Origin: Leucoraja erinacea
Lineage: Eukaryota
Reading direction: 5' to 3'
DNA: 64,000 nt
NCBI RefSeq assembly: GCF_028641065.1
Contig: NC_073403.1
Span: 26,412,001 to 26,476,000 of the forward strand
Shown here: positions 47,876 through 60,134 of the stretch, one piece after another
How the letters are laid out: each line of letters begins with the position of its first letter
Position numbering within the stretch: position 1 is the first letter of the stretch
The notes under the pieces: generated by a model
Database searches by the model: none
Seen by the model: the letters and a program-made list of their open reading frames with translations, nothing else
Told to the model about the DNA's origin: nothing
Program-made: the position numbers and the translations under genes

Positions 47876-49590
47876 TTTTTATTTTTAATTTTTTAATTTA
47901 CTGAACTTGAATTTACTTTGTTGTTTATTCTGGTACCTGCTGTTATGCTTACTTTCATCTTGTGCTGCTGCAAGTAAGAATTTCATTGATTCCGTTTCGG
48001 GACATATGACAAATAAAACACTCTTGACTTGACTCTCTCTTAATGTTTCTCTGATCTAATCCCAAGCGCTGTGATTTCTTTCCAAACATCAGGGGAAATT
48101 CACAGCACTCCTAGCATTTCTAGAAATTTACTCTAAAATTATGACACAACCTTAAAAAAAGAGAAACATTAAGAATTTAAAGCAGATTTTAATCTTAAGA
48201 TTTCTGGGATATGGTTTTTCGATACTGCCTGTGACATGTCGATGCAGCTGGAAATTTGTTCATCATTGTTTCCACCACTTGCCAAACAGTTGTCTGCACT
48301 CCTAAATTCCACTATCTGACCTGACACAGAAGGGAAGGAGGCAAGATGGACAAAAAGATTGAGTTCTCAGCAGATGTTATTGACTCTTGAGCCAAGGAAC
48401 ATATGTTAGCTAATGACTAGACAGGGCCCGGGTTTGAGTAAAATTGATTGTAAGATGGATCAGTGAAATATTGGCCAAATTGCATGGCAAACTGCCTCTC
48501 TTGCTGTTGATTAGATTCTACAGTCCCCAGTGTACGCTGTAACATTGATACCACTGACTGCAATTACTGACTTTAAATGTGGAGAAAGACCTCTGACCCC
48601 ACAGTTGAAATGGGAGTCGGGGTTGCATTCAGTTTTTTTTTGTTGCTTTGTTTAACCTATTACGCGAAGATTACAAATGACCTGCCTTTCTAGAGCCACA
48701 GAGGTCTGTGGCATTGTGCTCCACTGCACTGAGGCTAATTTTTTGAACAAACGCATGTTTAGCACTTCAGAACGATAAACATCCCCACACGATTTCGAGT
48801 CCTACTCACTCTTTCTAATCTAAATGCACGATTCAATCCCATCAGATTTCTCAGTGTTGAGGGGGTTGATAACAACGTTTTAATATTAAAAAAAACATTC
48901 AAGAGCTGGAGATGTGAAGCAGTCCATCTCTCACTTTCCCACCCTCACACCCATTCCTGTACAAGTGCACAGACGCTTTTTGTTATATCAGACAGTCTAA
49001 AGATTTACACAATATTATTGTTTGTTAGTTTGGAATTTGTGATTTCTGTCTCAGGGATTGGGTGTTCTGAGGTACCTGAAGTGGGATTTCCTGGGATATT
49101 TCTCATCCAACATGAATATGAGAAGTTGGTATAATTCACCAGTGTATATTTGTGCATTTAAATCACTGATGTGACAGTGTTGGACCCGACAGATGATCCA
49201 TCAGTTTCTATGTCTGTTAAGGACTCGGGCTTTTCATCCATCTGCCACCTGTGACTCTGATGTGCAGTTCAGGTGTAATATGATCAGGGTGATTAGTGTG
49301 CTGACAGAAATGAAGACACAAAGCTTCTTAACAGATCACACTTAAATCTGGTCCCTTTTCAGATGATCACAAGCTTTGTTCCCTTTGTAATGACAACTGT
49401 TACAGAATCAAAGCATCAAGGGTCTTCGTGGAGACGCATCGAAATGTCTCCCCATGTCATGTGATCTCACGTTAAAATGGTATAGAATTGCTGGAATTGG
49501 AATTTGAAGGGGCCAGTTTTAATGCCAAGTCGTGGCATTAAGTGAGCCAGCAGTGCCAGCCTGAGCCAACAAGCTGAGACATGGATGATT

Positions 49591-49695
49591 AGTTCTGAAG
49601 AAGGGTCTCGACCCGAAACGTCACCCATTCCTTCTCTCCAGAGATGCTGCCTGTCCCGCTGAGTTACTCCAGCATTTTGTGTCTATCTTCGGTTT
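49591..49695 (+). mobile_element. Penelope-type arm with the best-preserved minimal hammerhead motif (49595-49622)
   Basis: CTGAAGA-A-GGGTC-TC-GACCC-GAAA-CGTC. Confidence 0.75.
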
Positions 49696-49859
49696 GTCCT
49701 TAAGAGCATACTCAGGGTGAGTTGAGGTGCTCATACCTCCAAAAGCAACGCAACTCTCAACCAAAAGAAGACATCCTCCCCCCCCTGTGGATGTTCTCAT
49801 GTTAAGCCAGGCAAGTTTAAGGAGGTGGTGTGGGAGGGAGAGGGCTGAACAGCCCATAG

Positions 49860-50112
49860 TGGGCAGCACAGTGATGCAGCTCTTGCCTCATAACACCAGA
49901 GACCCGAATTTGATCCTGACCTCAGGTGCTGTCAATGTGGAGTTTGCATGTTCTCCCTGTGACCAAGTGGTTTTCTTTAGTACTTGAGAGATACAGCACA
50001 GAATCAGGCCCTTTGGCCCACCAACATAGAACTAACTAGTGTGAAAGAGTGATCGATGGGCAGTGTGGAATCAGTGAGCCGAAGGGTCTGTTTCCATCCT
50101 GTATCTCTAAAC
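49860..50112 (+). mobile_element. HE1-type V-SINE, rearranged
   Basis: Head and core to ~49980, a short opposite-strand tail piece, then the 3' tail. Confidence 0.7.
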
Positions 50113-50561
50113 CTCCCCTTAAAGAGGAACCAAACAGGGTCTAAAAAGTGAAATCCAAAACAATACCAATCAATAACATAAAATCATCAATACATTGTCA
50201 ACACACATTGTAGTAAATCAATATATATCTGAAGGTGTCACAATAGCCTGACTGTACTATAGAGCACATGAAGGATCATTGACAGAGGCAGCACTGTTGT
50301 CTGCTTCAGTGACACTGATACTCTTCAAACACTCAAAGCCAATGTATCCACCCTCAGTGATTTCCAAAATCTGTGACATAATTGAAGAATATAATCTTGT
50401 CGGAACATCTTTTGATCAATTTGATCACGGAGTAGAGAAACAAAGGGGTGATTTTTAACAATTTGTTTTTAGAAATTTGGAATAATTTCTCAATAATGCA
50501 ATCGACACAAGCTGGAGTGTTTCCATTTTGCTCTTATTAAACAAGTACAAGTAAATCACAA

Positions 50562-50785
50562 ACAAGGAACTGCAGAAGCTAGTTTACAAAAGAAGACACA
50601 ATGTGCTGGAGTAACTCAGCAGGTTAGAACATGAATAGGCAACATTTCGGGTTGGGACCTCACTTCAGACTCAATAGGCGATGTTTCGAGTCAGGACCTT
50701 TCTTCATACTGAAGAAGGGACCCAACCCAAAACTTCACCTATCCATGTTCTCCAGAGATGCTGAATTATTCCAGCACTTTGCATC
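50562..50785 (-). mobile_element. Penelope-type foldback element with tandem motif copies
   Basis: GGAACTGCAGAAGCT..TGCTGGAGTAACTCAGC; two minus motifs then plus CTGAAGAAGGGACCCAACCCAAAAC. Confidence 0.7.
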
Positions 50786-51104
50786 AACACGTTTTTTCTT
50801 AAATCCCTGAACTTCTTTTTTCATTCATAATCCTGAAATAAAACAAATTTAAAAAAAGATTCCACCCAACAGTCTCCATGAACAATCACTTTCAAGCTTT
50901 AAAACGTTCTATTTGAGCATTTTGTCATTAGAGTTCCTTGTTGCAATTCAATGATTCAAATATTGACGCACTAATATATCTATTTTTTTTCTGTTTGGTT
51001 AACATTAAGTTTCAGTGACTAAATACTGGGTAATGATGACATTACTGACCAAGGGGATTTGGTTGAGCAAAAGGCAACACAAATGCAGCAGAGGTTTCCA
51101 CAAT

Positions 51105-51400
51105 GTGGCACAGTGGCGTAGTGGTAGAGCGCCAGAGATCTGGATTCAATCCTGATAACGAGTGCTGTCTGTAACGCGTGTGTACATTCCCCCCACGACC
51201 GTGTGGGTTTTCTCCGAGATCTTAGGTCTCCTCTCACACTCCAAAGACGTTTAGGCTTGTAGGTTAATTGGCTTGGTATAAATGTAAATTGCCCCTAGTG
51301 TGTGTAGGATAGTGTGGGTGTGCGGGATCGCTGGTCAGTGCAGACTTGGTGGGCCAAAGGGCCTGTTTCCGCATTGTATCCCTAAAACTAAAACTAAACA
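51105..51400 (+). mobile_element. HE1-type V-SINE
   Basis: Head, core and (CTAAAA)n tail. Confidence 0.85.
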
Positions 51401-51784
51401 AAATAATATCCTAATCACCCAAATGTCATCTATATTAGTATCCATAATTTACAAACTCCCTTATTTGCCTTCAACTTTTACGAGTTTCAAGCTCCCTTCA
51501 AATTTCTGCTGCCTTTCTGCTCATTCACACGAGGATCTGCAAGCCCATCACTTCCTCCATTTTCTCTTGAGCATCACTGATTTCCAATGACTTTAATGCC
51601 TCAAGTTTATACTTTGTTTCGATGCTTTAAGTGTCTCATCCTCTTTATCCTACAACCTCATTTATACTTACCATAACACATAGGGGCAGTGAGTTGAATT
51701 ACATAAGAAGTATATGAAGATTTGGGAATTCAAAATGGACGGGCATTTGTGTGGGGATGATATATTATATGTAATCTACCTTAT

Positions 51785-53950
51785 GCCATACCTATGTTGT
51801 GATAAGTCTGAAGAATTCCAACAGGTTCATCAGGCAAGATCTCCGTAGCACCAAACCATATTGTCTTTGGCATATTTAATCATGACGTTCTAAGTGCTCA
51901 GAAACCTCATCCTTTATAATGGACTCGAAAACCTTACTGACCATTAAAGGCAGGCCTATAACTGGCCTGTAGTTTCTCCTCTTCTGCTTCGCTGTCCACT
52001 CGAATAGTGGAGTAATATTTGCAATTTTCCAATCGGCTGGGACTACTTCTGACTCTAATGATTCTTGAAGATCATTACTAATGTCTCCACAATCTCTAAA
52101 GCCATTTCTTTCAGAAACCTGGGGTGCAGTCCAGGTGACATCCACCTTTCAGACCTTTCAGCTTCCCAAGCACCTTCGCCCTAGTATTAGCCACTCCCCT
52201 AACTTCCACCTCCTGCTTCTCTTGAATTCCAGCCACGTTGCTGGTGCCTTCCACTGTGAAGACTGATGCAAAAATCATATTCAATCCCTCAGCCATTTTT
52301 TTATTCCCCACTATCAGTTCTCACGCATTATTTTCCAGTGGTCCAATGTCCACTCTTGCCTCTTTCTTACTTTTTATATATCTGAAGAAACATTTGCTAT
52401 CCTCTTTTATATTATTGTCTAGCTTACTATAATATTTCATCTTTTTTCCCCGTACAGCCTTTTTAGTTATCTTCTATTGTTTTTTTTTTAAAGTTTCCCA
52501 ATCCTCTAGCTTCCCACTGATCTTTGCAATATTATATGCCTTCTTATTAGTTTTATGCTGTCTTTGACTCCCCTTGTCATCCATGGTCACCTCATTCTCC
52601 CCCTAGAATCTTTCTTCCTCCTTGGAATTAAAAGATCCTGCATCTTCCAAATTATTCCCAGAAATTCCTGCCATTGCTGTCCCACTGCCATTCCTGCTAG
52701 AGTCTCTTTCCATTCAACTTTAGCCAGCTTCTCCCTCGTGCCTCTGTACTCACCTTTGCTCAGCTGTACTACCGACATATCCAATCTCATCTTCTCCCTC
52801 TCAAATTGCAGGTTGCATTTTGTCATATTATTATGTTCACTACCCCCTAGTGGTCCCTTTACCTTAAGCTCCCTAATTAAACCTGGTTCATTACACATTA
52901 CCAAATCCAGAATTGCCTTTTAGGCTCAATCACAAGCTGCTCTAAGAAACCATCTCGTAGACGCTCTACAAATTCCCTCTCTTGGGATCCAGGGCCAACC
53001 TGATTTTCCCAGTCTTTCCGCTTATTGAAATCCCCCATGACCACTGTAACATTGTCTTTTTTACATGCCGATCGTATCTCCTGATGTAACTTGTACCCTA
53101 TATCCTGGCTACTGTTTGGGAGCCTGTAAAATAACTCCCATCAGGGTTATTTTATCCTTGCAGTTTCATAGCTCTATCCACGAGGATTCTACATCTTCTG
53201 ATACTATGTCACCACTTGCAAAGAAGCAAATGTCATTCCTTACCAGGAGAGCTACCCTACCCCCTCTGCCCACCTGTCTGCCTTTTCAAAAAGATGTATA
53301 ACCTTGGATATTCAGCTCTCACTTCTGGTTATTTTTCAGTGAAGTCTCTGCAATGCCAACAATGTCCTATGTACCAATTGCTAACTGTGCTACAAGCTCA
53401 TCCATTTTGGTCCTTATACTAGGGGCATTCAAATATAACGCCATTAGTTCGGTGTTCACCACCCCTCCTCTCACATTGGTTCCAATTTTACTTGATGCTT
53501 TCTTATCCCTTCGTAAACTTTCTGTCCTATTTATTCTAGAGACCTTTGTAATCCCTCCTGCATTCGCCTTCCCTTTAACTTCATCCATGTACTTCCAGTT
53601 TGTTGACCCCCCCCCCTCCCCACTATTTTGTTTAAAACCCTATGGTTATGTAGTTTGCCAGGACCCTGGTACTGGCCGGGTTCAAGCCCATCCCTCCTTC
53701 CCCAGTACTGGTGTCAATATCCCATGAATTCAAACCCACTTCATCCACACCAATCTTTGAACCACTCATTCAACTCTTAATTTTCTCAACCATCTGCCAA
53801 TTTGCATGTGGCTCAGGTTGCAACCCAGAGATTATGACCTTTTTGCTTCTGCTTTTCAATTTAGTCCCTAGCTGCTCAAATTCACTTTGCAGAACATCTT
53901 TCATTGTTCTACCTTCGTCATTGATACCCACGTGGACCAAGATGACTGGG
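51785..53950 (-). mobile_element. Old CR1 LINE 5' portion: ORF1 SGNH-esterase remnant and ORF2 endonuclease-to-RT start
   Basis: ORF1-like VILVHVGIND..LGTKLKSRSKKVIISGL; ORF2 LYLNAPSIRTKMDEL, PLGGSEHN, DWKIANITPLF, NYRPV. Confidence 0.85.
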
Positions 53951-53999
53951 TCTGCAAAGGAATTCCTATTACAGGCTGGAGGCCAGTTGAAATCATTCC

Positions 54000-54359
54000 G
54001 GACTCTCCCTCTTTTCCCTCTCCCATCAGAGGTACAGAAGTGTGAAATCACATACCTCCAAATTCAGGGACAGTTACTTCCCAGCAGTTATCAGGCAACT
54101 GAACCGTCCTTTCACCAACTAGACAACTGTCCTGACCTCTCATCTACCTCATTGGAGACCTTTGAACTATTTTTAATTGGACTTTATTGGACATTTATCT
54201 TGCACTAAACATTATTCCCTTTATCCTGCATCTGTACATTGCTGGCGACTTGATTGTAATCATTTATAGTCGTTTCACTGACTGGATGGCACACAACAGA
54301 ACGTTTTTCACTGTACCTCAGTACATGTGACAATATTAAACTAAATCAAACTAAACTAA
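54000..54359 (+). mobile_element. Rex1/Babar 3' end
   Basis: CCTCTCCCATCAGAGGTACAGAAG..TTCAGGGACAGTTACTTCCCAGC; CACTGTACCTCAGTACATGTGACAAT tail. Confidence 0.75.
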
Positions 54360-54528
54360 AGCCCCTGTCCCATTGTACGAGGCAATTTATGAGTTCTCCC
54401 GAGTTTTCCCCTGATTCAAACTCGGAGAATGTCCGTAGCAGGTCCGTAGCGGGTCCGTAGGAGTTTGTGGATGTCTCGTAGTGGCTCGTAATGTTAACGG
54501 CAGGTACACGGGACATCCGGTAACTCAT
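54360..54528. mobile_element. Partial MITE related to type B
   Basis: AGCCCCTGTCCCATTGTACGAGG..GAGTTCTCCCGAGTTTTCCCCTGATTC, reverse of the right end of 9239-9543. Confidence 0.7.
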
Positions 54529-54554
54529 GGTTTGCGTTCACACATGCGGAAAAG

Positions 54555-54750
54555 GAATTTTATTAATATAGTGGCTTTCCGATCCAAAAAAGCACTTCAC
54601 TAGAAACTACTTTTGAAGTGCAGACACTATAGGTTTTCAAGCAAATTGGTCGATTTGTCTTCTGAAAGATGTCTTAAATAGCAACAGAATATTGACTAGT
54701 TAGTGATGTTTGAGTGATTAACATTGGCCAGAATACTCTCTATCCTATTC
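54555..54750 (-). mobile_element. Old DeuSINE-like 3' fragment
   Basis: AAAGCACTTCAC..TACTTTTGAAGTGCAGACACT..TAGTGATGTTTGAGTGATTAACATTGGCCAG; reverse-similar to 60640-60940. Confidence 0.45.
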
Positions 54751-54956
54751 CAGGACATGCTGTGGTTTGTATCTACTTGAATGTAATATTGTCTAAATTA
54801 CAGGTTTGTGTTGGAGCTGCTCTGTGTCAGTGGAAACAATTTTGTCTTATTTTTCATGTCTAAATCTAAAAATGTGCCCAGTTATTCCTTTTCACTCACA
54901 TTTGGAAACAGGAAAAGTAAACCTGTTTGATGAAGTCGTCAACTCTTCAGTAAATT

Positions 54957-56800
54957 AGAAACAGAAATATAGAAACATAGAAATTAGGTGCAGGAGTAGG
55001 CCATTCGGCCCTTCAAGCCTGCACCGCCATTCAATATGATCATGGCTGATCATCCAACTCAGTATCCCGTACCTGCCTTCTCTCCATACCCTCTGATCCC
55101 CTTAGCCACAAGGGCCACATCTAACTCCCTCTTAAATATAGCCAATGAACTGGCCTCGACTACCCTCTGCGGCAGAGAGTTCCAGAGATTCACCACTCTC
55201 TGTGTGAAAAAAGTTCTTCTCATCTCGGTTTTAAAGGATTTCCCCCTTATCCTTAAGCTGTGACCCCTTGTCCTGGACTTCCCCAACATCGGGAGCAATC
55301 TTCCTGCATCTAGCCTGTCCAACCCCTTAAGAATTTTGTAAGTTTCTATAAGATCCCCTCGCAATCTCCTAAATTCTAGAGAGTATAAACCAAGTCTATC
55401 CAGTCTTTCTTCATAAGACAGTCCTGACATCCCAGGAATCAGTCTGGTGAACCTTCTCTGCACTCCCTCTATGGCAATAATGTCCTTCCTCAGATTTGGA
55501 GACCCAAACTGTACGCAATACTCCAGGTGTGGTCTCACCAAGACCCTGTACAACTGCAGTAGAACCTCCCTGCTCCTATACTCAAATCCTTTTGTTATGA
55601 AAGCTAACATACCATTCGCTTTCTTCACTGCCTGCTGCACCTGCATACCTACTTTCAATGACTGGTGTACCATGACACCCAGGTCTCGCTGCATCTCCCC
55701 TTTTCCTAGTCGGCCACCATTTAGATAATAGTCTGCTTTCCTGTTTTTGCCACCAAAATGGATAACCTCACATTTAACCACATTATACTGCATCTGCCAA
55801 ACATTTGCCCACTCACCCAGCCTATCCAAGTCACCTTGCAGTCTCCTAGCATCCTCCTCACAGCTAACACTGCCCCCCCAGCTTAGTGTCATCCGCAAAC
55901 TTGGAGATATTGCCTTCAATTCCCTCATCCAGATCATTAATATATATTGTAAATAGCTGGGGTCCCAACACTGAGTCTTGCGGCACCCCACTAGTCACTG
56001 CCTGCCATTGTGAAAAGGACCCGTTTACTCCTACTCTTTGCTTCCTGTTTGCCAGCCAGTTCTCTATCCACATCAATACTGAACCCCCAATGCCGTGTAC
56101 TTTAAGTTTGTATACTAATCTCTTATGTGGGACCTTGTCGAAAGCCTTCTGGAAGTCCAGATACACCACATCCACTGGTTCTCCCCTATCCACGCTATTA
56201 GTTACATCCTCGAAAAATTCTATAAGATTCATCAGACATGATTTACCTTTCGTAAATCCATGCTGACTTTGTCCAATGATTTCACCACTTTCCAAATGTG
56301 CTGCTATCCCATCTTTAATAACTGACTCTAGCAGTTTCCCCACTACCGATGTTAGACTAACTGGTCTGTAATTCCCTGTTTTCTCTCTCCCTCCCTTCTT
56401 AAAAAGTGGGGTTACGTTTGCTACCCGCCAATCCTCAGGAACTACTCTAGAATCTAAAGAGTTTTGAAAGATTATTACTAATGCATCCACTATTTCTGGA
56501 GCTACTTCCTTAAGTACTCTGGGATGCAGCCTATCTGGCCCTGGGGATTTATCGGCCTTTAATCCATTCAATTTACCCAACACCACTTCCCGGCTAACCT
56601 GGATTTCACTCAATTCCTCCAACTCCTTTGACCCGCGGTCCCCTGCTATTTCCGGCAAATTATTTATGTCTTCCTTAGTGAAGACGGAACCAAAGTAGTT
56701 ATTCAATTGGTCCGCAATATCCTTGTTCCCCATGATCAACTCACCTGTTTCTGACTGCAAGGGACCTACATTTGTTTTAACTAATCTCTTTCTTTTCACA
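54957..56800 (-). mobile_element. Young CR1 LINE, 5'-truncated, RT domain with one frameshift
   Basis: ORFs 55864-56799 and 55059-55991; near-identical to 4598-6440. Confidence 0.95.
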
Positions 56801-56814
56801 TTAGTTCAGTTATC

Positions 56815-57303
56815 TGTTCAGTTATCACAGCTTGGTTTGGGAAGAGCTCCATCCTAGACCACAAGAAACTGCAGCGAACTGTGGACACAGCCCTGACTAT
56901 CACACGAACCAACCTCCCTTCCATTGACTCCATTTATACCTCACGCTGCCTCGGCAAGGCCAGCAGCATAATCAAGGAAATCGCACCTTGGCCGCTCCCT
57001 CTTCTTGCCTCTCCCATCAGGCAAAAGGTATAGTAGTGTGAAAACACACACCTCCAGATTCAGGGACAATTTTTTTCCCAGCTGTTATCAGGCAACTGAA
57101 ACATCCTGCCACAACCAGAGAGCAATGCTGAACTACTCTTTGATGACCCTAGGACTATCCTTGATCAGACTTTACTGGCTTTAACTTGCACTAAACGTTA
57201 TTCCCTGATCATGTATCTATACACTGTAAATGGATCGATTGTCATCATGTATTGTCTTTCTGCTGACTAGTTAGCACGCAACAAAAAGCTTTTCACTGTA
57301 CCC
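56815..57303 (+). mobile_element. Rex1/Babar 3' fragment
   Basis: ITAWFGKSS..KKLQRTV; LPSGKRYSSVKTHTSRFRDNFFPAVIRQL. Confidence 0.8.
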
Positions 57304-57510
57304 AATTAAATCACGAGAGCCCTGAGCGGCCACAGATTGCATTGCCTGTGGTGAACGCTTTTTCAGTCGTATGTCTTCGTCGTGAAAGAATCAACTATGC
57401 TCTCAAACTTCTCTCCTAACTGTTTAGCAAAGCCAATCCAGTAATCCCTCGTTTTAGCGACCCAATTTGTCGGATGTCGAGTCTTTTTGAACACCACAGG
57501 AGATCCTTTT

Positions 57511-57745
57511 AGCCTGCGGCTATTAAACTGTACAACTCCTCCCCCTTCTGTCATGGGGTAGACTGACTCCCCTCCCCTCACCGCCTCCCTTCCCCTCACC
57601 GCCTCCCCTCCCCAATATTTGCACGTCCCCACTCTTTTCCACTCGTCATTTTAATTTCATGTTTCACGTGTCTTGTTGTGCTTTATGACTGTTGACAGAT
57701 CAATTTCCCTCCTGGGATAAATGAAGTTCTATCATATAGTATACA
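57511..57745 (+). mobile_element. Very short Rex1/Babar 3' end
   Basis: PAAIKLYNSS motif; tail GACTGTTGACAGATCAATTTCCCTCCTGGGAT as at 33410-33478. Confidence 0.7.
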
Positions 57746-58774
57746 GCGGATAGACTTGCCGACCCCACCCCAACTCACGCCTTCTCCCCGGCCGTTTGGT
57801 GTCCTGGCTTTTGACCCCACTCTTGACTTGAAAGGTGCACCAGTATATAGGGGGGAGAGGGGAGAGGGGGGGGGGGGAGGAAGAGGTGTTGACCCGAAGA
57901 AACCTCTGTCCCCAGGAGCTAGGACGTGAGCCACAACAACAGCCGTGCTGTTAGGTGAAGAAGGGCTCGCTGCACTTTGTAAGTCGGGAGTGAGGTCGGA
58001 AGCCGGAGCTCTAAACGACCAGGAAGGCGGTGAGAGCCTGGGATAGGTCAGCCGGTCATTCCATTCACATTCAGTTTTGATTTGATATTTGTTTTATATT
58101 TGTTATATTTGTTTTATTCAAGTCTCTGGCACTCGATGCTGCTTTAGAACACGGGAGGGGTGCCCTTAGTGGGCTAGGGGGGTATATTATCATTTCATTA
58201 TCACATGAACTCTGTTGGTCCAGAAAAACAGATCATCCAGAAAGGCTCTGGAACCGAGGGTGCTGGAAAATCGGTGTTCTACCTCTATGTGGTATTTGAC
58301 TCTTACTAGTCAACCATTGAATTTGCCTCACTGCCTTCTTCAGTTGATGATAAAATGCAAGGCAACAAGCCACAATATAGGAGGATCCAGAACTATTACA
58401 AATGTTTCCACACACTTCTGTTTCTTGCTTTTAAACTTAATTATTCAATCCTTATCCAAAGCAAATGTTACAATGAAATCCAAATGGGACATGGACCACT
58501 GAAGGCTTCTCATCTCTGTCATTTCATAAGTGGTTTTATAGTTCCAGTTTCCCAGAGTTCTTGTCCCATTTCTAATTATGCTCCATAAATAGGCCATTAT
58601 AGACCAGGGTCCAGAAATGGTGCCATGCCTCAGAAGGCATGTTATACCAGTAATAAGCAATGGTTCATTTTGTGCATGGGAGCTTTGCAGCAACTTGAAC
58701 AGAAATTTAAAAATACTAATTGAATGTAAGGCTATGAAAATGTACCCCCCCCCCCCCCACCACCACACTGAGCC

Positions 58775-59130
58775 CCACCTGGACTCACACCTATATCTCC
58801 TCACCCATCCTCCTTCCTCCAGCTTCACAATTTGCAACTATTCAATCCTTACATCTCAAACCATCTGCTTTTTCATCTCTGGCCTTTGTCCAACCATCTG
58901 CCTATAAAAAATACCTGACCTGTATTCACCTATTACCTGCCAGGCTTTGGCCTGCCCCTCCTCTCTTCCAGCTTTTCTCCCCCCACCCCACTGCCACAAT
59001 CAGTCTGAAGCAAGGACCCGACCCGAAACGTCACCTATCCACGTTCTCCAGAGACACAGCCGGACTAGCTGAGTTACTCTAGCACTTTGCGTCCTTTTTG
59101 AAAACCAGCGTCATCAGTTCCTTGTTTCCA
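58775..59130 (+). mobile_element. Longer Penelope-type 3' region
   Basis: C/T-rich leader, then CAGTCTGAAGCAAGGACCCGACCCGAAACGTCACC and family tail. Confidence 0.65.
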
Positions 59131-59831
59131 GCTTCAAGCACTTGCTGTAATCCAAGCGTCAAGATGAGTTTTAAATAATTTAATGTGCAGGGATGTAAAG
59201 AACACATAAAGTACTTTTATGAACAAGATGAAATATTACTCTTAATGCAATGCACCCTCGCAACAATGCCAACTAGTCATTCTATATCTAATAATTCTTA
59301 AGTTGAAATCTTTTTAATTTCATTAGGACGCAACCACCATCTTGTGGTTCCTGAAAGGTTCACAGTATATCAGCCAAACAATTCCAGGAACAAAATGTAA
59401 CTCAAGGGCAGGTTGCCATAAAAAGTGTTCATAGATCCACATTGCATCAGTGAAGTCAAGCAAATTCTACTGTCACAGGAATACAGCAGAAAAATAAGCT
59501 TAAAGGATAGGTTACTAATGATAACAAGTTCCCTCAATCTTTATTAAAGTGCATTTGAGATGTGCAAATCTGATCAAGTATACTGAACATTATGATACTA
59601 TATACCTTGCACTACATACAGTTAAGTGGCATTAATGACTGAATCTAATTTAAGGCTTATCTGAACTTTTAAGTTGCACATCATCCCATTAATTTAAGAA
59701 ATGCAATTTAATAATTAGAAATTCTGGACACAAAGCAGAGTATTTACAATCTACAGAAAGTAGGAAATGAATTGAAAAGTGCGATGAGGCAACGCTAGCC
59801 TGAGGGCAATCAGTGAAGTGCTGGAGATGTA

Positions 59832-60061
59832 ACCTACCAAGAATCTTTTAATGTAGTAAAACTGTCATCTTTCATCTTACAGGCACATAGTGCTGACTCG
59901 GTGAGTCAGTCAGCATCTCAGGTTGAAACCCTTCTTAGGACCATCTCGACCCGAAACGTCGCCCATTCCTTTTCCAGAGATGCTGCTCGACTCACTGAGT
60001 TACTCCAGCACTGTGTGTCTGATAGATGAGAGTTTACTACATTAAAAGATTATTGGTAGGT
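59832..60061. mobile_element. Penelope-type foldback with ~40 bp of extra inverted sequence at both ends
   Basis: ACCTACCAAGAATCTTTTAATGTAGTAAAACTGTCATC / GATGAGAGTTTACTACATTAAAAGATTATTGGTAGGT; centre TCTCGACCCGAAACGTC. Confidence 0.75.
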
Positions 60062-60134
60062 CTGAAAAATGAGATTTCAATAAAATTGCAATTTTTATTA
60101 GAAACAATAGATTGGATTTAAATAGCAACTATCG

